A stretch of DNA of 64,000 nucleotides from Chloroflexota bacterium (GCA_009693165.1 SHXX01000001.1:71248-135247), one strand, 5' to 3'; positions 1-10,535 are shown, counted from the first letter of the stretch. Numbers and translations are program-made. Notes: generated by a model not told the origin, from the letters alone.

Positions 1-365
1 TCGGACCGACCTTCGGGTCACCCCCGAAGATTGAGACCCGTGCCAAGACGTTTGCGACGCCCGGGGTTCTCGCCCGTGCAGGTGTGAAAGTTGCAATCTG
101 TTCGGATCATCCGGTTACCCCAAGTGTCCACCTGCGCCTGTACGCCCTCCTCGCGGTCCGCGAAGGGATGGCGCATCGCGATGCCCTTTCAGCAATGACC
201 ATCTGGCCCGCGCAGATCAGCGGCGTGTCGAACCGTATCGGGAGCCTCGCCCCAGGGCTTGATGCCGACTTCACGATCTATTCGGGTGACCCGTTGGACG
301 CCGGGTCCGTAGTGATTGGCGCCTACCAGAACGGTGTCAAGGTTCCGATGGAAGCCCGGAACTGA
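1..365 (+). CDS. amidohydrolase-superfamily protein, C-terminal fragment (5' end outside window)
   Basis: The frame is open to the window start and ends at TGA 363-365. The tail ...GSLAPGLDADFTIYSGDPLD... matches the usual amidohydrolase C-terminal strand pattern. Confidence 0.55.
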   Translation, partial: GPTFGSPPKIETRAKTFATPGVLARAGVKVAICSDHPVTPSVHLRLYALLAVREGMAHRDALSAMTIWPAQISGVSNRIGSLAPGLDADFTIYSGDPLDAGSVVIGAYQNGVKVPMEARN

Positions 366-510
366 CGACGAGGCCAAAAGCCGAGTCGTGCACCCTTGGG
401 TCTGGACCGCGGGTGCGCCACTCAATGCAACTCGCTCATTGCACCATCGTCATTAGGGACCGGTGCGCCGTACTTCGGTCAGGCACGTGTGTCGGCGACG
501 TCGCGCACGA

Positions 511-1683
511 TCAGGGGTTCGTCCGCAATTCGGTCCTGGCCACTGCGGTAAGGAATTCCTGCACCTTTGTCAGGAATGTCGCCGGGTACTCACCGAACAC
601 ACGGATTTCATATCCCCAGTTGCCGCGGATCACGAAGAGGTGGATTGCCACCCATTCGTGTTGGACAAGCGTCTGCGTGCAACCGCTGCATCCATCCCAG
701 TATTCGATGCGTGTCCGGGTGTCGTATCGAAGCGCCGGAAAGCCCGCGATGGTGGTCGTACCCGAAGGGGCGTCGGTACCAGTGCACGTCGTCGGTCCGG
801 TGCAGTAGAACGACAGGACCTTCCGCGCCAAGTCGGTGGTCGTCGCAACGTCCTTGTTGTAATCGAGATTGGTTGCAACCACGCGCGCGAAAATAGGGTC
901 GCCGCCAGAAACCACAGTCCACTCGTGAAGCACGTGGGATGAGTAGATGGTGTCGAACCGGTGATCCTTCGCCTTTATGCCGGTCCCCTCAGTCCACGAT
1001 GCGCCGGATCCGAGCGTGATGTCCCCATCGGGTCCGAGGCGAGGGGTGCGGTTGAGGCGGTAGGCCTCGGAACGGACATCCATCGTCGGCGTGATCGTTA
1101 CCGATGCCGTCGTGGTCCCGGAACCCGCAGTGCTGCTTGCGACTGCGACAGGTGGGGTGGTGACCGGGTTTGGGGTGACCGACGGGATGGCCACTGGCGC
1201 CAGGATGCCCTTTGCAAGGGTCCCTGCACCAATCCCGAACCGTCGTTCCCACAGGGCTTGGTCGTAGACGAGGGCCCCCCAGTTGTCGCCTGAGATGCCG
1301 AAGAGTTCCACATCGGCAAGCGACTGAATGTGCAACAGTGTCGGGGAGGCGTCGGACGTCTCCCACTTCACCAGATAGATCGGGTCGCCGAGTTTCAGCA
1401 GGCCCGACGACAGCCATGGACCTCCGCGCCGGTACTGGGTGAATTCGTCGCGCGAGACTTCCCGCTTTGCATCCCAGTCGACACGCTTCCCGGCAAACGC
1501 GCGGGTGTCGCCCACCCAGTGCAGGACACCATCGTCGTCCGCGACCCAGATATGGGCGGTTCCCCGGAGTACGACGACCGCCCCCGGGGAAACCGCCGGA
1601 GAGTCCGCGTGAGCTACCGGGGATCCAAGGAACAAGGCGATGGCCAAGGCAACCGCGCCAATTCCACGCCAGTATCCGCTCAT
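511..1683 (-). CDS. secreted hypothetical protein (two domains joined by a Thr/Pro-rich linker)
   Basis: Long ORF. The internal Met MSGYWRGIGAVALAIALFLGSPVAHA looks like a Sec signal peptide. I recognise no family. The start is chosen at the signal peptide; the ORF track extends to 1815. Confidence 0.5.
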   Translation of the reverse strand: MSGYWRGIGAVALAIALFLGSPVAHADSPAVSPGAVVVLRGTAHIWVADDDGVLHWVGDTRAFAGKRVDWDAKREVSRDEFTQYRRGGPWLSSGLLKLGDPIYLVKWETSDASPTLLHIQSLADVELFGISGDNWGALVYDQALWERRFGIGAGTLAKGILAPVAIPSVTPNPVTTPPVAVASSTAGSGTTTASVTITPTMDVRSEAYRLNRTPRLGPDGDITLGSGASWTEGTGIKAKDHRFDTIYSSHVLHEWTVVSGGDPIFARVVATNLDYNKDVATTTDLARKVLSFYCTGPTTCTGTDAPSGTTTIAGFPALRYDTRTRIEYWDGCSGCTQTLVQHEWVAIHLFVIRGNWGYEIRVFGEYPATFLTKVQEFLTAVARTELRTNP

Positions 1684-1881
1684 CAATTCTCCTCCGGGTG
1701 TTGTTCCACCGATTGGACGGGCACCGAGATACCGGTCAGCCCCGTTGCGTTCATTGTCGCGCATGAGCGCGAACGGTGTGGGAGGGGTCGACAGGACTGC
1801 TGCGCGGAAAGGCATTCAGGGCATTTCGCAACTGTCGTAATCCCGGGGACAATCATTGATTGCCGTTGAACCGCTGACTGA

Positions 1882-2887
1882 ATGATCACGCGTCGCCGCA
1901 CATTCATCGCATTTGCTGCAGGCGTCCTTCAGGCCTGTGGGACATACGTGTCTGGAGGTGACCGCCCCGCGGCGTCGCCACCAACGATTGCCACCGCCGG
2001 CCGGAACGCAAGTCCAGATTTTTTCGGGCGCAAGGGAACCGCCCCCGGCTTCTTTGATGGGCCGGTTGCGCTGTCCGTGCGCCCCGGCGGCACGATCCTG
2101 ATCGTCGACGCCGGAAACGGTCGTGTGCAGCATGTGGCTCCCGACGGCGACAGCATAGGCGTCATCGCATCGCCAGGTTCGGCCTCCGGTCAGGTCCGGT
2201 TTCCGGAGGGCATGGCGAATGCCCCCGATGGATCGGTGATTGTGTCGGATGGTGGGAACAACCGGATCCAGATGTTCACCGCAGACGGTCATGTCCGAGG
2301 GATCTGGGGTCAATCCGGTGCCGGTCCTAAGGCGTTCGCGGTTCCGCGCGGGGTGGTGATTTCCCGCACCGGCGTCGTGCACGTCGCAGACTCCCGCAAC
2401 CATCGCATCCAGAGGCTCACCACTGACGGGCGTTTCCTGGGTGCCTGGGGTGGGTCTGGCATGGGTCTGGCATGGGCCTGGCATGGGCCCCGTCGAATTC
2501 GATGCACCGGTCGGTCTCGCACTGGACGAAAGCGGAAACCTGGCGGTTGCCGATTCCGGGAACCGCCGGATCCGACTGCTTGATGTGGATGGCCGGCATC
2601 TCTGGACCGTGGGCGGGATCGGAAATCAACCTGGCGAATTCCGCAGTCCTGAAGGCGTACTTTTTGATCCTCAAGGCCGCCTTGTTGTTGCCGACACAGG
2701 CAACGATCGCATCCAGATATTCGGTCGTTCGGACCGCGTCCATCCCGTTGCTGAACTCGTGACCGGGCGACGCGGGAAGGGTGTCCGGGAATTTGACGAA
2801 CCGATCGGCTTGGCGATCAATGGGCGAGGCGGATTGCTCGTTTCCGAGTTCGGAAACCACCGGATCCAACGCATGGTCATCACCTGA
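1882..2887 (+). pseudogene. NHL-repeat (6-blade) lipoprotein, frameshifted by a tandem 11-bp repeat
   Basis: ORFs 1882..2583 and 2441..2887 each carry NHL blades (..ADxGNxRIQ..). The N-terminus MITRRRTFIAFAAGVLQACG is lipoprotein/TAT-like. Removing 22 bp of the repeat at 2452-2484 joins them as GAWGGSGMGPVEFDAPVGLALD, a perfect blade. Confidence 0.75.
2452..2484. repeat. 11-bp tandem repeat x3 (gggtctggcat, gggtctggcat, gggcctggcat), followed by a partial fourth copy
   Basis: Read directly from the sequence at 2452-2490. The unit length is not a multiple of 3. Confidence 0.9.
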
Positions 2888-2906
2888 CCGCTTCTGGCGA
2901 CGGAAC

Positions 2907-3851
2907 CTAGCGCTCCTCAACTTTGCGTGGGTCGAGGGCATCGCGCAGGCCGTCCCCGATCGAGTTCACGGCGATGACCGTCAGGAAGATCATCAGGCCC
3001 GGAAAGACCGCCGTCCACGGTGCCCGCACCATCTGGTCCTGGGCGTTGCGAAGCATGTTTCCCCAACTCGCCATCGGCGGTTGGATGCCGAGTCCAAGGT
3101 AACTCAGGCTGGATTCGGTCAGGATTGCCCCTGAGATGCCAAGGGTCGACGCCACGATGATTGGTCCGATCGCATTCGGCAAAAGGTGGCGCAGAATGAT
3201 GCGGGAGGGAGAGGCGCCAAGGCAGCGTGCCGCTTCGACGAACTCGCGTTCGCGCAAACTCAGGAATGCTCCCCGGACCTGACGGGCCGTTCCCATCCAT
3301 CTCAGGCCACCGATCACTAGCACGAGGGTCACGGGATTTGTCCCATAGATCGTTGCCAACAGGATCAGCACGAAGATCGATGGCAGCGCGATCATGAAAT
3401 CGACCAACCGCATCAGGACGTTGTCGACCCAGCCTCCGTAGAAACCAGCAACGGCGCCAACCGTCGATCCGATCGACACTGCGAGCGCGACGGCGAGGAA
3501 CCCGACGGCAAGCGATACGCGCCCGCCATGGAGGATGCGTGTGAAGAGGTCCCGTCCAAGTTCATCGGTCCCCATCGGATGGGCCGTCGATGGGCGGTCC
3601 AGCATCTCGACAAGCGATGTCTTGATTGGCGAATACGGGGAGATCCACGTCGCCAGTATCGAAACCGACGCGAGGATGAGCAGGATCACCATGCCAACGA
3701 GGGCCATCCGGTGACGGCGGAACCGTCGCCATGCCAGTCCCCAGAGGCCAATGGGTTTCCCGATGGAAGGGTCGGCAGGCCCTCTTGAGGCAGAGGGGCG
3801 GTGGCGAGAGACGCGTTGGGAGGCGGACCACAAGCCAGGCTCTCCCGACAT
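2907..3851 (-). CDS. ABC peptide/nickel-type transporter permease (DppC/OppC-like)
   Basis: Multi-TM protein with the typical DppC-like N-terminus (..LWGLAWRRFRRHRMALVG..) and the EAA-loop region (..FVEAARCLGASPSRIILRHLLPN..). It abuts the upstream permease. Confidence 0.9.
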   Translation of the reverse strand: MSGEPGLWSASQRVSRHRPSASRGPADPSIGKPIGLWGLAWRRFRRHRMALVGMVILLILASVSILATWISPYSPIKTSLVEMLDRPSTAHPMGTDELGRDLFTRILHGGRVSLAVGFLAVALAVSIGSTVGAVAGFYGGWVDNVLMRLVDFMIALPSIFVLILLATIYGTNPVTLVLVIGGLRWMGTARQVRGAFLSLREREFVEAARCLGASPSRIILRHLLPNAIGPIIVASTLGISGAILTESSLSYLGLGIQPPMASWGNMLRNAQDQMVRAPWTAVFPGLMIFLTVIAVNSIGDGLRDALDPRKVEER

Positions 3852-4805
3852 CTACCGGTACCGGATCCGTGGGTCCAGCCACGCGTATGCGACGTCGGCC
3901 AGGAGGTTGCTGGCGATGACCAGTGTGGATGCCACCGTGAAGATGCCCATGAGCACGGGGTAATCGACCCGACCCGATGCCTCCCAGAACAATCGTCCCA
4001 TGCCCGGCCAAGCGAAGATCGTTTCGGTGATCAGTGCGCCGCTGAAAAGTTGGGGAAGGTCGATCGCGATGACGGTGACGAGCGGGATTGCGGCGTTGCG
4101 CAGGGCATGGCGACGCAGCACCGTCGTTCCGTCAAGCCCCTTGGCATAGGCCACGCGGATGTAGTCCTGCCGGATCACGTCAAGGAGCGACGACCGCAGA
4201 TACCGGATGTAGTGGGTCGCATCGAAGATGGCCAAGGTGGTTACCGGGAGGATCAGGTACTTCAGCCGATCTCCCAAGGAATACGGTTCGCCCAGGGTGT
4301 ACATCCCGCCGGCGGGAAGCCAATGGAGGCCGACCGCGAAGATCATGATCAGCATCAGACCAATCCAGAATGTCGGCAGCGAGTTCCCGGCAAAGGCAAT
4401 CGTTGTCGCGACGTGATCGAACCACGAGTACTGGCGCACCGCGGAGACGATTGCGATCGGGATTGCGATTGCAAGTGTCACGGCAAATGTCACGGACATC
4501 AGCACGAGGGTGTTTGGGAGACGTTCGAGGATCATCACGGTGACCGGGCGTTTCGTGACGAGCGACCACCCCCAGTCGCCCGAAAGCATCGCGCCAAGCC
4601 ACTGGAGGTACTGGAGAGGCACTGGTTGGTCCAGGCCCATCTGGGCGCGAAGCCGGGCGAGGTCCTCACCGGTCACCGTCGGGTCAGCCTCATACATCGA
4701 CAGTGGCCCGCCAGGGGTTGCCCTCAGCAGGACGAACACGAACAGCGTCATGAGGAGCAGCAGCGGCACCGCCTGCGCGATGCGGCGGGCCAGATACCGG
4801 GTCAT
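3852..4805 (-). CDS. ABC peptide/nickel-type transporter permease (DppB/OppB-like)
   Basis: N-terminus MTRYLARRIAQAVPLLLLMTLFVFVLL and ..DYIRVAYAKGL.. are hallmark DppB/OppB motifs. Confidence 0.9.
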   Translation of the reverse strand: MTRYLARRIAQAVPLLLLMTLFVFVLLRATPGGPLSMYEADPTVTGEDLARLRAQMGLDQPVPLQYLQWLGAMLSGDWGWSLVTKRPVTVMILERLPNTLVLMSVTFAVTLAIAIPIAIVSAVRQYSWFDHVATTIAFAGNSLPTFWIGLMLIMIFAVGLHWLPAGGMYTLGEPYSLGDRLKYLILPVTTLAIFDATHYIRYLRSSLLDVIRQDYIRVAYAKGLDGTTVLRRHALRNAAIPLVTVIAIDLPQLFSGALITETIFAWPGMGRLFWEASGRVDYPVLMGIFTVASTLVIASNLLADVAYAWLDPRIRYR

Positions 4806-5022
4806 CGTGGTGCCTTTGCGCTCCCTACGTCGTCAGACACGGATTGGCTCGCACGGTTGCCACGGGCCAAATCAGACCGTGTCCACACGACGGCATCCTG
4901 GTCACAACGCTTCACCCACCCCGTACCCAATCTTGCGATGCGCGTTGGTCGCCCGGACAGTGGGCGGGCAGGAATACCCCAAGACCACATTCGGTGGGGC
5001 CACATCAACCCTGCGAACCTGC

Positions 5023-6810
5023 CTACTTGTTGATCCACCAGTTCTCCAGGTCCCACGCGAGGTTGTCCCATGGATTGTGGGTGCGACCCATCACGTACTT
5101 CCGAGCGCCATCGACGTCCAGGCGGTTGTAGAGGAAGATGTGGGCGCGGGATGCGGATACTGCCTTGACGGCCCGTTCGTATGCCGCTTTGCGCTTGTCC
5201 AGGTCCGGCGTCGAACCTGCCTCGTCGAGCGACTTGTCAACCGTCTCATCCTTGAGCCGGGAATAGTTCTGGCCCTCACCCTTGTTTGCCTCGGTTGGAA
5301 TTTGCGACGAGTGGAAGTAGTTGAACAGGTGGAAGTGGGGGTCGATGCCGGGATTTGTCGTCCACATGTTGATGTCGAAGGTGCCCTTCGCACGCGGCGA
5401 GCCGTCCGCCCATGTTCCCAGAAGTGAGGCCGAGGGGATGTTCTTGATCTCGAGGGCGATGCCGACTTCCTTGAGCATCTCCTGGATGACTTGTTGGGCG
5501 AGTTCACGCAACCTGTCGCCGGAAGTCGTCTGGTAGGTGAGGCTCGCCTTGACGCCGTCCTTGACACGTGTTCCGTCCGGTCCAGCCTTCCATCCTGCAT
5601 CGTCAAGCAATTTTCTGGCCTTGTCTGGGCTGAACTCGCTCGCGGGAATTGCCGGCGCGGCCCATCCGGTGGAAAGCGGCGATGACCCGACGGTCGTCTT
5701 GCCATAGAGGAGCTTGTCAACGATGAGCTTCTTGTTGATGCCGAGTTCGATTGCCTCGCGCACCTTCGGGTCACTCAGGACCGGGTGCCTGGTCGTCGGG
5801 TCACCCGCCTTGTCGCCGGTCGGCGCGCTGAAGTTCAGGACAAGACGTTCCACCCCCAGGCCCGGCTTGGCCCAGACGTCGATTTCCTTGTCACCGTCGA
5901 AATCGGGGATCTGGGCTTCGATCAGGTTCCAGACAACATCGACCTCGCCGGTCTTCAGTTGGGCAATCCCGACCTCTCGGCTCGGCGTGATGCGGAAGAT
6001 CACCTGGTCAAGGTAGGGTTTGCCCTTGACGTAGAAGTCCTGGTTCTTCGCGACCGTTATGTGGTCGCCGGACGGCCATTCGACAAACTTGTACGGACCA
6101 GTTCCGATCGGCTTCCGGTTGAAGTCGGATTTCTCTATCGCGGTCTTGCCCTCGAATGGATGCGAGGGCAGGATCGCACCAAAGAGTGACACGAACGGCG
6201 CAAAGAACGCCTTGAACCGGACCTCGAACGTGTAGTCATCCTTGATGGTGAACGACTCGATGTCACGGTAGCCCGACCGTGAAGTCACCGGGTTCGCCGC
6301 ATCCATGATGACGTCGAAGGTGAACTTGACGTCCTTGGCCGTGAATGGCTTGCCATCGTGCCACTTCACGTCCTGACGCAGCTTGTAGGTGATTGTCTTG
6401 CCATCGGCCGAGACGAGGCCATTCTTGGTTGTGGGAACTTCCTTGGCGAGATCGGGAACGTACTCGCCCTTCTCATTCGGACGGACCATGCCACCGAATA
6501 TCGTGTTCCTGACGACGCTTCCTGCGGTCTGGACATTCAGGTAGGGGTTGAGGTTCCCGGGTTCCTGGTACAGGGCAATCTTGAGGGTTCCACCCGGCTT
6601 TGGTGTTCCGCTGGACGCCGCTGCCGGGGCGGGTACGGCTGTCGGTGCCGCCGCGACGGGCTTCGCTGGTTCCCCCTTGACCGCCTCTGGGGCCTTGGTA
6701 GGCGAGGCGGCGGGAGGCTGTTCGCCACATGCCGCAAGAAGCGCTCCAGGCAGGCCGATCATTGCGCCTGCCTGTCCGAGACGGGTCCAGTGGATGCGTC
6801 GCGTCGTCAT
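5023..6810 (-). CDS. ABC transporter substrate-binding lipoprotein, family 5 (peptide/nickel)
   Basis: Start MTTRRIHW...LPGALLAACG gives a lipobox. The body has the typical SBP_bac_5 pattern (..GTLKIALYQEPGNLNP.., ..GTGPYKFVEW..). The ORF track start at 6888 is less likely. Confidence 0.9.
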   Translation of the reverse strand: MTTRRIHWTRLGQAGAMIGLPGALLAACGEQPPAASPTKAPEAVKGEPAKPVAAAPTAVPAPAAASSGTPKPGGTLKIALYQEPGNLNPYLNVQTAGSVVRNTIFGGMVRPNEKGEYVPDLAKEVPTTKNGLVSADGKTITYKLRQDVKWHDGKPFTAKDVKFTFDVIMDAANPVTSRSGYRDIESFTIKDDYTFEVRFKAFFAPFVSLFGAILPSHPFEGKTAIEKSDFNRKPIGTGPYKFVEWPSGDHITVAKNQDFYVKGKPYLDQVIFRITPSREVGIAQLKTGEVDVVWNLIEAQIPDFDGDKEIDVWAKPGLGVERLVLNFSAPTGDKAGDPTTRHPVLSDPKVREAIELGINKKLIVDKLLYGKTTVGSSPLSTGWAAPAIPASEFSPDKARKLLDDAGWKAGPDGTRVKDGVKASLTYQTTSGDRLRELAQQVIQEMLKEVGIALEIKNIPSASLLGTWADGSPRAKGTFDINMWTTNPGIDPHFHLFNYFHSSQIPTEANKGEGQNYSRLKDETVDKSLDEAGSTPDLDKRKAAYERAVKAVSASRAHIFLYNRLDVDGARKYVMGRTHNPWDNLAWDLENWWINK

Positions 6811-6972
6811 AGAGCTCTTCCTTCTCGATGGCGCTTGACGGGATGTTGACCGCGCCAGTTTCCCCGCGAACGCGATGGCGCTGGCCACCGTTGGGAGACG
6901 CGTTCCGACCCGGTCGACCGTAGTTGCCGTACTCTACCAGTCCTATTGTCGCTGCATTCGGAGGCCCCTGCC

Positions 6973-8658
6973 ATGACGATCGTTACATTTGATCATTATC
7001 CGAGATTTGCAGAACTCACTGATATTCTCCATGAATTTGCGAAAGAGTTTCCAAAACTCGTGTCGATTGAATGCATCGGGCACAGTCATGAGCGTCGTGA
7101 GATCTGGCTCCTGACCGTCACGAACTCCGAAACCGGGCCTGCCGGTGAAAAGCCGGCTTTCTGGGCGGATGCAAGCATCCACGCCACCGAACTCGCTCCC
7201 ACTATCGCCATCCTGCATCTGTTGCATACGTTGGTTGCCGGATACGGCATCGATCCTGAGATCACGCGATGCCTGGACACCCGCGCCTTCTATCTCGTGC
7301 CCCGGGTTAACCCTGATGGTGCCGAACTCGCATTGGCCGACTCACCGCGCATTGTGCGGTCAAGCACGCGGGCGTATCCGCCTGACGCCGAGACGCCCCA
7401 TGGCCATGTTGGCGGTGACGTGGATGGTGACGGCCATCTCCGGCTGATGCGCATGCGTGACCCGAACGGGCCGTGGAAGGTGTGCCCGGAGGAATCCCGT
7501 CTGCTTGTCCGACGCGACCCGGTTGAGGTGGGTGGCGAGTACTACCGGGTGTTCCCTGAGGGACGCGTCCACGGGTATGACGGCGTGACGATTGGTCTCG
7601 CCCCACCTCGCGAAGGTCTGGACCTGAACCGGAACTTCCCGGCTCAGTGGAGACTTGAACATGAGCAAAAGGGGGCAGGCCCGTATCCAGGTTCTGAACC
7701 TGAAGTCGCCGCGCTCATCCGCTTTGTGGCGTCGCACCCCAACATCTGCGCGGGGGTTGCCTTCCACACCCAGAGTGGCGTGATCCTCAGGCCCTTCAGT
7801 CACCAGAGTGATGAGGCGTTCCCGGCCGAAGACCTCTGGACCTACCAGAAACTCGGCGCGAAGGGGACTGAACTCACTGGCTATCCCGCAATCTCGGTCT
7901 ACCACGAGTTCCGGTACCACCCCAAGGAAGTCATCACTGGCGCATTCGATGATTGGGCATACAACCACCTCGGGATCTTCGGGTGGACCGTCGAGATCTG
8001 GAACCCGCAACGGCAGGCGGGCATTCCCGAGATGAAGTACATCGAGTGGTATCGCGAACACTCCATTGAGGATGACCGCAAGATGCTTGCATGGAGTGAC
8101 GACGCGTTGCAGGGGAAGGGGTACCAGGACTGGGTGCCTTTTGATCACCCCGATCTCGGTCCAGTCGAGATTGGTGGGTGGGACTCCCTCTATGCCTTCG
8201 GCAACCCGCCGCCCCATCTCCTGGAGGCCGAGATCTCACGCTTTTCGGGATGGCTGATCTGGCACGCGCTCGTGTTGCCCCGCCTTGAATTTCTCGAGGC
8301 GACCGCGGTCGCGGAAGCACCGGGGACATGGCGCATCCGGGTGGTTGTCCAGAACACCGGGTGGTTGCCGACGCTGGTGACCAAGCGCGCCCGCGACATC
8401 AAGGCGGTCCGCGGTGTGCGGTGTGAACTCGACCTTCCTGAGGGGGCGAGACTGGTTTCAGGAAAACGGCAGGAAGATGCCGGCCAACTGGAAGGCCGGG
8501 CGTACAAGTCGTCGGCTCCGACGCGGCGCCCGGCGGATCCGACCGATGACCGGGCGAAGGTGGACTGGGTCATCGTTGGCACCGCAGGAGAGACCATCGG
8601 CATCACCGCAAGTCACCCGCGTGCGGGCACAGTCCGGACGTCCCTCATCCTCGCCTGA
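6973..8658 (+). CDS. M14-family zinc carboxypeptidase
   Basis: ..ERREIWLLTVTN...FWADASIHATELAPT.. contains the HxxE zinc motif. ..NRNFP.. and ..HTQSG.. are typical of M14. Confidence 0.85.
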   Translation: MTIVTFDHYPRFAELTDILHEFAKEFPKLVSIECIGHSHERREIWLLTVTNSETGPAGEKPAFWADASIHATELAPTIAILHLLHTLVAGYGIDPEITRCLDTRAFYLVPRVNPDGAELALADSPRIVRSSTRAYPPDAETPHGHVGGDVDGDGHLRLMRMRDPNGPWKVCPEESRLLVRRDPVEVGGEYYRVFPEGRVHGYDGVTIGLAPPREGLDLNRNFPAQWRLEHEQKGAGPYPGSEPEVAALIRFVASHPNICAGVAFHTQSGVILRPFSHQSDEAFPAEDLWTYQKLGAKGTELTGYPAISVYHEFRYHPKEVITGAFDDWAYNHLGIFGWTVEIWNPQRQAGIPEMKYIEWYREHSIEDDRKMLAWSDDALQGKGYQDWVPFDHPDLGPVEIGGWDSLYAFGNPPPHLLEAEISRFSGWLIWHALVLPRLEFLEATAVAEAPGTWRIRVVVQNTGWLPTLVTKRARDIKAVRGVRCELDLPEGARLVSGKRQEDAGQLEGRAYKSSAPTRRPADPTDDRAKVDWVIVGTAGETIGITASHPRAGTVRTSLILA

Positions 8659-8711
8659 CCGATCTCCGTTTTCGACGGTTGGTCGGGCGAAGCCTTCCAC
8701 GACTTGCGGGC

Positions 8712-10376
8712 CTACTTGCCGGTCTGGCGGGCAAATCCGGTGGCGTCCACCGGCGCATCCGCTGGCACACCAGCTTCGACGATCACATACGTTGCGCCAC
8801 CGATGTAGAAGTAACCGGGTGGATCGCCGCCGAACAGGTCGAAGTGGCGCGACGCAGGCGGAAGGTCCACCACCAGGCGTCCCTCGCCATCAGCCGCCAA
8901 CGGTGTTTCACGACCCTCGCTGTCGATCAGGACGGCCGACCCGCCAGACGCCTTCACGGCAACCATTGACGCCTCATCGGTGCCGTTCCACACCACCGAG
9001 GCACGCTTGTCGCCGTGATGGAAGACGGCCAGGTGTTGCGCCCACTCGTAGCGTGACGCGTATTGCGCCTGCTTCTTTGGGTCAGGGCGCTTGCGGACGT
9101 GCAGTTCCATGCGCGACGCCCCGGCGAGGTGTTCGCCGACCACCTGGTAGGCGCGGTAGCCGGGACGGGCGCGTGAGGCGTCCTTGTTCTGCATGTCCGG
9201 ACTGAACCGCACAAGCCCCCAGAGTTCATCGGGTACCGGATACGGGTCATCCTGAAGCGCCTGGAAGAAGACCTTGTCGTAGCCTGCGGTCAGTGCCAGT
9301 GCGTGTGCTTGGAGGACGTAGTTGGCTTGTTCGGCCATCGTGATGCGGAAGCCATCCTCGCGACCCTTGGGGTCCCAGCCCGGAACCTGGTCATCGAACG
9401 GCATCGCGTTGATCTCAGTCAACCAGATTGGCTTGGACCCGGCACCCATCGCTTCCAGCCGGGCGCGGAACCCGGTTCGGTCCGCAGGTTCAGCGGCGAT
9501 GTCCACACCGCCGTGATAGCGGTCCCACAGGTCGTGCGGGTTCCGGTAAAGGTTCAGGGCGACCACATCGAAGGCGCCGGCACCCTTGGCCTTGACCACC
9601 TCAGCGAACGCATCAAACCACGGCAGGCTATCACCGCCGCCGGCCTCCTTGTCCTTGAAGTAGGAGTACGGCGAGGTCATGATCCGTGCCGAGGGGTTCG
9701 CGGCCTTGGCAGCCTCTGACGCAACGGCAAGCAGTTGGTAGTAATCGTCAACCGAACCCGCCCACGTGTTGTAGACGGCGTTGCTTCCGGTGGCCGGGAT
9801 TTCCACCTCATTCCAGATTTCGAACACGTCCATCCGGCCCGCGTATTCCTGCGCAAGGCGGTACATGAATGCCCCCCACGTGTTCAGGGGGTTGATCGCA
9901 TCGCCATTGAACACCGGTTCGTAAAGGCCCCTGGGGACGGACGTGCCTGACTTCAACCCCGGCGTCTGGGCGGCCCACTCCGGTGTGCCCAGCACCATCG
10001 CCGCGACCTTCATCCCGGCCTTGACCTGTGCATCAAGGACATTCTCCCCCTTGCTATCGGTGAAGTAGAAGGTATTGAACTCGTCGGGTTCGCGCTGCAT
10101 GTTGAACCACTGGACCGTCCAACGGGTCCACCCCGCGCCCGAGGCCGTGCCGAACGGCATCGCCCTGAAGGCTTCATTTATCCCCAGGTTCTCCCTGCCC
10201 GCTCTCGGGGTGAGCGTTCCCACGGACTGGGCACTCGCGAACGGCACCGTGCGTCCGGCGATCGAGGCAGCAACTGAAGCGGTGGCAATCGCAACCGTTC
10301 GATGGAACATCCGCCGCGTCTGCGTCGACCTGGTCACTTGCGAGATTTCGTCCTGAATTGGTCCGGAGATGGTCAT
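8712..10376 (-). CDS. secreted glycoside hydrolase, clan GH-A-like (TAT signal)
   Basis: N-terminus ..TRRMFHRTVAIATASVAASIAG.. is a twin-arginine motif. FEIWNEVE (acid/base NE) and IWLTEINA (nucleophile E) fit the clan GH-A pattern. The specific family is not assignable by eye. Confidence 0.6.
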   Translation of the reverse strand: MTISGPIQDEISQVTRSTQTRRMFHRTVAIATASVAASIAGRTVPFASAQSVGTLTPRAGRENLGINEAFRAMPFGTASGAGWTRWTVQWFNMQREPDEFNTFYFTDSKGENVLDAQVKAGMKVAAMVLGTPEWAAQTPGLKSGTSVPRGLYEPVFNGDAINPLNTWGAFMYRLAQEYAGRMDVFEIWNEVEIPATGSNAVYNTWAGSVDDYYQLLAVASEAAKAANPSARIMTSPYSYFKDKEAGGGDSLPWFDAFAEVVKAKGAGAFDVVALNLYRNPHDLWDRYHGGVDIAAEPADRTGFRARLEAMGAGSKPIWLTEINAMPFDDQVPGWDPKGREDGFRITMAEQANYVLQAHALALTAGYDKVFFQALQDDPYPVPDELWGLVRFSPDMQNKDASRARPGYRAYQVVGEHLAGASRMELHVRKRPDPKKQAQYASRYEWAQHLAVFHHGDKRASVVWNGTDEASMVAVKASGGSAVLIDSEGRETPLAADGEGRLVVDLPPASRHFDLFGGDPPGYFYIGGATYVIVEAGVPADAPVDATGFARQTGK

Positions 10377-10535
10377 TTTGGGAATCCCTCAAGGCGCGTG
10401 TCGGGTTGGTCACCTCCGGTGGAGGAGGCAGTGAAGTTGGTCGGGTACGGTGCCCGGTGAGAAGCCTGTGCTCCGCGCGCATCCCTGTCCGCCAGGCGCG
10501 GCGTCGGAGTAAATCCCGTGAGGCAGATTTCGCGG

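Noticed and set aside
2452-2484. Short tandem repeats (here and at 46609 and 53624) as CRISPR arrays
   Set aside because: The units are directly adjacent with no spacers, lie inside coding frames, and no cas genes are present.
3801-5033. 410-aa plus-strand ORF
   Set aside because: It is antisense to the two well-supported ABC permease genes. The His/Arg/Asp-rich translation is typical of shadow ORFs in GC-rich DNA.
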